A DNA stretch of 64,000 bases from a bacterium (GTDB taxonomy: Bacteria > UBA8248): the NCBI GenBank assembly GCA_965219955.1, contig OZ244799.1, positions 96,001 to 160,000 of the forward strand, read 5' to 3'. The notes under the pieces are model-generated. The model saw only the letters and a list, made by a program, of their open reading frames with translations. It was not told the DNA's origin and did not search any database. Positions 60,675 to 64,000 of this stretch are shown piece after piece. A program made the position numbers and the translations under genes. The first letter of the stretch is position 1; the number at the start of each line of letters is the position of its first letter.

Positions 60675-61955
60675 TCAGCCGAGGCGCCTTAGAGCCTTGG
60701 CGCCGATGTCTTTGCGGAAATAAACGTCTTCCCAGTAAATCAGGTCGCACGCCTCATAGGCGCGCGCGATAGCGGCGCGGATGTCCAGCCCGCGCGCGGT
60801 GACGCCCAGGACGCGGCCCCCGGAGGTGACGACCTCGCCAGTGTCGTTCAGGGCCGTTCCGGCGTGAAAGACGTGAACGCCGGGCAGGGCGTCGGCGTTT
60901 TCGATTCCCTGTATCGCGTCGCCCCTTCGGTAGGCGTCCGGGTAGCCGCCCGCCGCCATGACGACGCAGACCGCGGCGTCTTGCGAGTAGCGGATGCTCG
61001 TCTCGTGCAGGTTGCCCTCCACGCACGCCATGAGGACGGGCAGCAAGTCCCCCTCCATCCGGGTGAGCAGCGGCTGGCATTCGGGGTCGCCGAAGCGGCA
61101 GTTGAATTCCAGCACCTTCAAATCATCGCCCTGCACCATGAGGCCGGCGTAGAGAATCCCGCGGTAGGGGGTGCCCCGCCTCGCCATGGCGCGGATGGCG
61201 GGCTTGACCACGGTTTCGAGGGCCTTCTCTTCGAGCGCGCCCGAGAGCACGGGCGCAGGCGAATAAGCGCCCATGCCGCCCGTGTTGGGGCCGGTGTCGC
61301 CCTCGCCGACCGCCTTGTGGTCCTGCGCGGAGGCCATGGGGAGCGCGGTTTCCCCGTCCGCGAAGGCGAGAAAGCTCGCTTCTTCGCCCTCCAGGAATTC
61401 CTCGACCACGCAGGCGGCGCCCGCATCGCCGAAAGCTCTTTCCTCCATGATTTGGGATATCGCTTCGTGCGCGCTCGCCGCGTCGGGGCACAGGAGCACG
61501 CCCTTGCCTGCGGCGAGGCCGTCGGCCTTCACCGCCCACGCGCCGCCGCGCTCGGATACGAAATCCCTGGCTGCGCCTGCGTCCTCGAAAACGCCGTAGG
61601 CGGCGGTGGGGATTCCCGCCTCATCCATCAGGACCTTGGAGAACGCCTTGCTCGCCTCGATGCGCGCCGCCTCGGCGGATGGGCCGAACGCCGGAACCCC
61701 GAGCGCTTCGAGTTCATCCACGAGTCCCAGGGCGAGAGGGGCTTCCGGGCCGACGACGACCAAGCCCGGAGATTCTTCTTTGGCAAGCGAGAGGAGGCCC
61801 GCGATGTCCTCTGCGCCTACGGCCGCATTCCGCCCGACCCGGGCGGTGCCCGCGTTTCCGGGCGCGCAGACGACTTCCTCCACGTCCGGGCTTCGGCTGA
61901 GCTTCCAGGCCAGGGCGTGCTCGCGCCCGCCCCCGCCGACAATGATGACCTTCAT
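60675..61955 (-). CDS. purD: Phosphoribosylamine-glycine ligase
   Basis: GGGGREHA, VGPEAPL, KADGLAAGKGV, GPNTGGMG, EFNCRFGDPE. Confidence 0.97.
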   Translation of the reverse strand: MKVIIVGGGGREHALAWKLSRSPDVEEVVCAPGNAGTARVGRNAAVGAEDIAGLLSLAKEESPGLVVVGPEAPLALGLVDELEALGVPAFGPSAEAARIEASKAFSKVLMDEAGIPTAAYGVFEDAGAARDFVSERGGAWAVKADGLAAGKGVLLCPDAASAHEAISQIMEERAFGDAGAACVVEEFLEGEEASFLAFADGETALPMASAQDHKAVGEGDTGPNTGGMGAYSPAPVLSGALEEKALETVVKPAIRAMARRGTPYRGILYAGLMVQGDDLKVLEFNCRFGDPECQPLLTRMEGDLLPVLMACVEGNLHETSIRYSQDAAVCVVMAAGGYPDAYRRGDAIQGIENADALPGVHVFHAGTALNDTGEVVTSGGRVLGVTARGLDIRAAIARAYEACDLIYWEDVYFRKDIGAKALRRLG

Positions 61956-62031
61956 CGGGTGTTCCCTTGGAAAATGGTGATGCCCACAACCTAAGGCGGC
62001 GCGAAAAAGGTGTCAAACATTAGAGGACATA

Positions 62032-62802
62032 TCAGCCCATGTCGCCGAGAGCGTGCTGCGCGATGGTGAGGAGCGACACGGGGGCCGTATCCGAACGCAG
62101 GATTCTGGGGCCCAGGGATACCGGCAGGAAGCCGCACTCCATCGCTCCTTTCGCCTCCTCGTCCGCGAGGTCTCCTTCAGGGCCCGTCAGGATGGCGACG
62201 CGAAGGGGCGGGCCGGTGTTTTCTCTACCCACGCGCGATAGCGCCTCTTTGACCGGAAGCGCATCTTCTCCCAGGTAGCCCATTATTTTGAGGTCGAAAT
62301 CCTCCGTCGCGGCGAGAAAACTATCGAGGTCGCCGAGTTGGTGTGCTATAGGCGGCGGCACGCGGTCGCACTGCTTGGCGGCTTCCAGGACGATGCGCCG
62401 CCACCGCCTGTGACGCTCCGCACGCCTTTTCTCCTGAATCCTGACTTCGCACCGCTCGAGCGCGAGCGGATGGAAGGCATCGGCGCCCAGTTCGCAGCCT
62501 TTCTGGAGCACCCACTCGAAACGCTCCCCTTTGAGCAGGGGGACGCCCAAGGCGATCGACAGGGGGGAGGGCGGTCTTCCTGGCAGGCGTTCGATGATTT
62601 TGCCGACGCTCTGCCTGTCGCCTATTTCCGTAAGCTCCACCTTGTATTCGCGTCCATCCTCCGACGCGGCGCGGCAGATTGCGCCCGCCCCCATCTTGAG
62701 GACGCGGCGGAGGTGAGCGGATTCCTCAGCCCCCAGGACGATCTGTTCGCCCTGAATAGCCTCGGTTGGAACGTAGAATAGCCGCAGCCCGTCGCGCGTC
62801 AT
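62032..62802 (-). CDS. rsmE: 16S rRNA m3U1498 methyltransferase
   Basis: HL.RVL, QK..ELG, EAAKQC, GPEG, LGPRILR. Confidence 0.92.
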   Translation of the reverse strand: MTRDGLRLFYVPTEAIQGEQIVLGAEESAHLRRVLKMGAGAICRAASEDGREYKVELTEIGDRQSVGKIIERLPGRPPSPLSIALGVPLLKGERFEWVLQKGCELGADAFHPLALERCEVRIQEKRRAERHRRWRRIVLEAAKQCDRVPPPIAHQLGDLDSFLAATEDFDLKIMGYLGEDALPVKEALSRVGRENTGPPLRVAILTGPEGDLADEEAKGAMECGFLPVSLGPRILRSDTAPVSLLTIAQHALGDMG

Positions 62803-63677
62803 GGTTTTATGACCTCGATGCTCGCCCATTCCTCGATCTGGTTCGTATGCTCGATGGAGAAACCGGCTTCTTCGTAGATGCGGGCGAGTGTCTCTGCCTG
62901 CTCAAAACCGATGCCCGAAAGAACGGACCGGCCCCCTGTGGCGAGCGCCCCGTGGGTGGGCGGCGCGAGTTCCCTCAAGGCGTCCAGAAAAATGTTCGCC
63001 GCGATGAAATCCACCTGGCCCCACCATTCTCCAAGCGCAGTTGGCGTGAGCGTCGTGCCCAGCGCCGTCATGCGATCTTCCACGCCGTTCCGCTCCGCCA
63101 GGGCGATGGTCTCCTCCACGGCTTTCGGATCCAGGTCGAACGCCGTTACGCGTTTTGCGCCGTAGAGCAGGGCGGCGACGCCCAGGATGCCGGAACCACA
63201 GCCTAAGTCCACCATGCGCTCGGGAGGGTTCCGGGCGCACATGCGTTCGATTGCGAGGAGAGCCAGGCGGGTAGAGGGGTGTCTGCCCGTGCCGAAGGCG
63301 AGGCCGGGTTCGATGAGCAACTCGACGCGCCCCTGTGGCGTCTCGCCCTCATCCCAGGGCGGCCTCACCCAGAGTCTCTCCCCGTAGGCTTCGCCTTTGA
63401 AATGGCCGCGAGACTGGGCGATCCAGTCCTGATCCTCGATGTTTTTTAACGTGATGGCGCTCTTCCCGACGCCCAGGTTGGCGAGGAGCGTTTCTATCGC
63501 GCGGAGTTTTTTGGTCGCGCCGTCTTCAAGCGCGATGTGCGTGATGAGTACGGACGCGCCCGCAGCGCCATCCCGCTCCTCCACGGCGGAAGCGCCCGCC
63601 TCCAGCATCCGGGCGGAGGCGTCCTCGGCCAGGGTCTCGGAAACCTCGATGATGAGTTCGAGCCATTTTTTCGTCAC
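62799..63677 (-). CDS. prmA: Ribosomal protein L11 methyltransferase
   Basis: PG.AFGTG.HPST, DLGCGSGIL, ANI, LSGI. Confidence 0.93.
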   Translation of the reverse strand: MTKKWLELIIEVSETLAEDASARMLEAGASAVEERDGAAGASVLITHIALEDGATKKLRAIETLLANLGVGKSAITLKNIEDQDWIAQSRGHFKGEAYGERLWVRPPWDEGETPQGRVELLIEPGLAFGTGRHPSTRLALLAIERMCARNPPERMVDLGCGSGILGVAALLYGAKRVTAFDLDPKAVEETIALAERNGVEDRMTALGTTLTPTALGEWWGQVDFIAANIFLDALRELAPPTHGALATGGRSVLSGIGFEQAETLARIYEEAGFSIEHTNQIEEWASIEVIKP

Positions 63678-63690
63678 AGGCTCTCGCGAT

Positions 63691-64000
63691 TTACTCCGGC
63701 AGGCGAACCACGGCCGAGCCCGCCGTCGCCAGCTCGCCCTCCTGGTTCGTTCCGGTGATCTCCACCTTCACGGTGCGCTCGGCCTCGTTCTTCTCGACCA
63801 CCTCCCCCTTGTGCCAGATGGTGTCGCCGTAGATCATGGGGCGGCGCACCTGGACGTAGAGGTTCTTCAGGAACGCGTCGTCCCCCATCCAGTTCGTGAT
63901 GAAGGGGCTCACCCAGGCGAAGCGCATGACGCCGTTGTCGAAAGGCCCGGGCATCCCGCGTCCCGAGGCGAGGTTGAAGTCCTCGTGCTGCTGGGAGTTT
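63691..64000 (-). CDS. MaoC/hot-dog fold dehydratase, C-terminal part (start outside window)
   Basis: GMPGPFDNG...TNWMGDD...R.P...GDT...NQEGE..TAGSA.V.LP. Confidence 0.75.
   Translation of the reverse strand, partial: NSQQHEDFNLASGRGMPGPFDNGVMRFAWVSPFITNWMGDDAFLKNLYVQVRRPMIYGDTIWHKGEVVEKNEAERTVKVEITGTNQEGELATAGSAVVRLPE

Overview
GC-rich bacterial chromosomal window with about 55 protein genes. Housekeeping genes include cspA, a stand-alone fusA paralog, pyrE, bioA, TPP riboswitch-thiSGE, acs, recN-nadK-dtd, glgAC and purD-rsmE-prmA. The window also holds a 10-gene type II FAS/PKS-like lipid cluster (37673-47390), a UGSC-type selenoprotein read through an in-frame UGA with a SECIS-like hairpin (8308-8853), and an accessory patch with a surface zinc protease, a collagen-like protein, a PRTase paralog and a purine permease. 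About 11 intergenic regions are mosaics of at least four palindromic REP-like families. The strongest candidate for an undescribed system is a family of non-autonomous elements with GGGGYTGTTGAAAAAG terminal inverted repeats and 4-5 bp target-site duplications. They insert into these hairpins and carry variable cargo, in one case an intact protein gene (52170-52806). A DUF1640-like gene sits between two copies of the last 119 bp of recN. I found no rRNA, tRNA, CRISPR array or transposase. All family calls come from motif recognition by eye, not from database searches.
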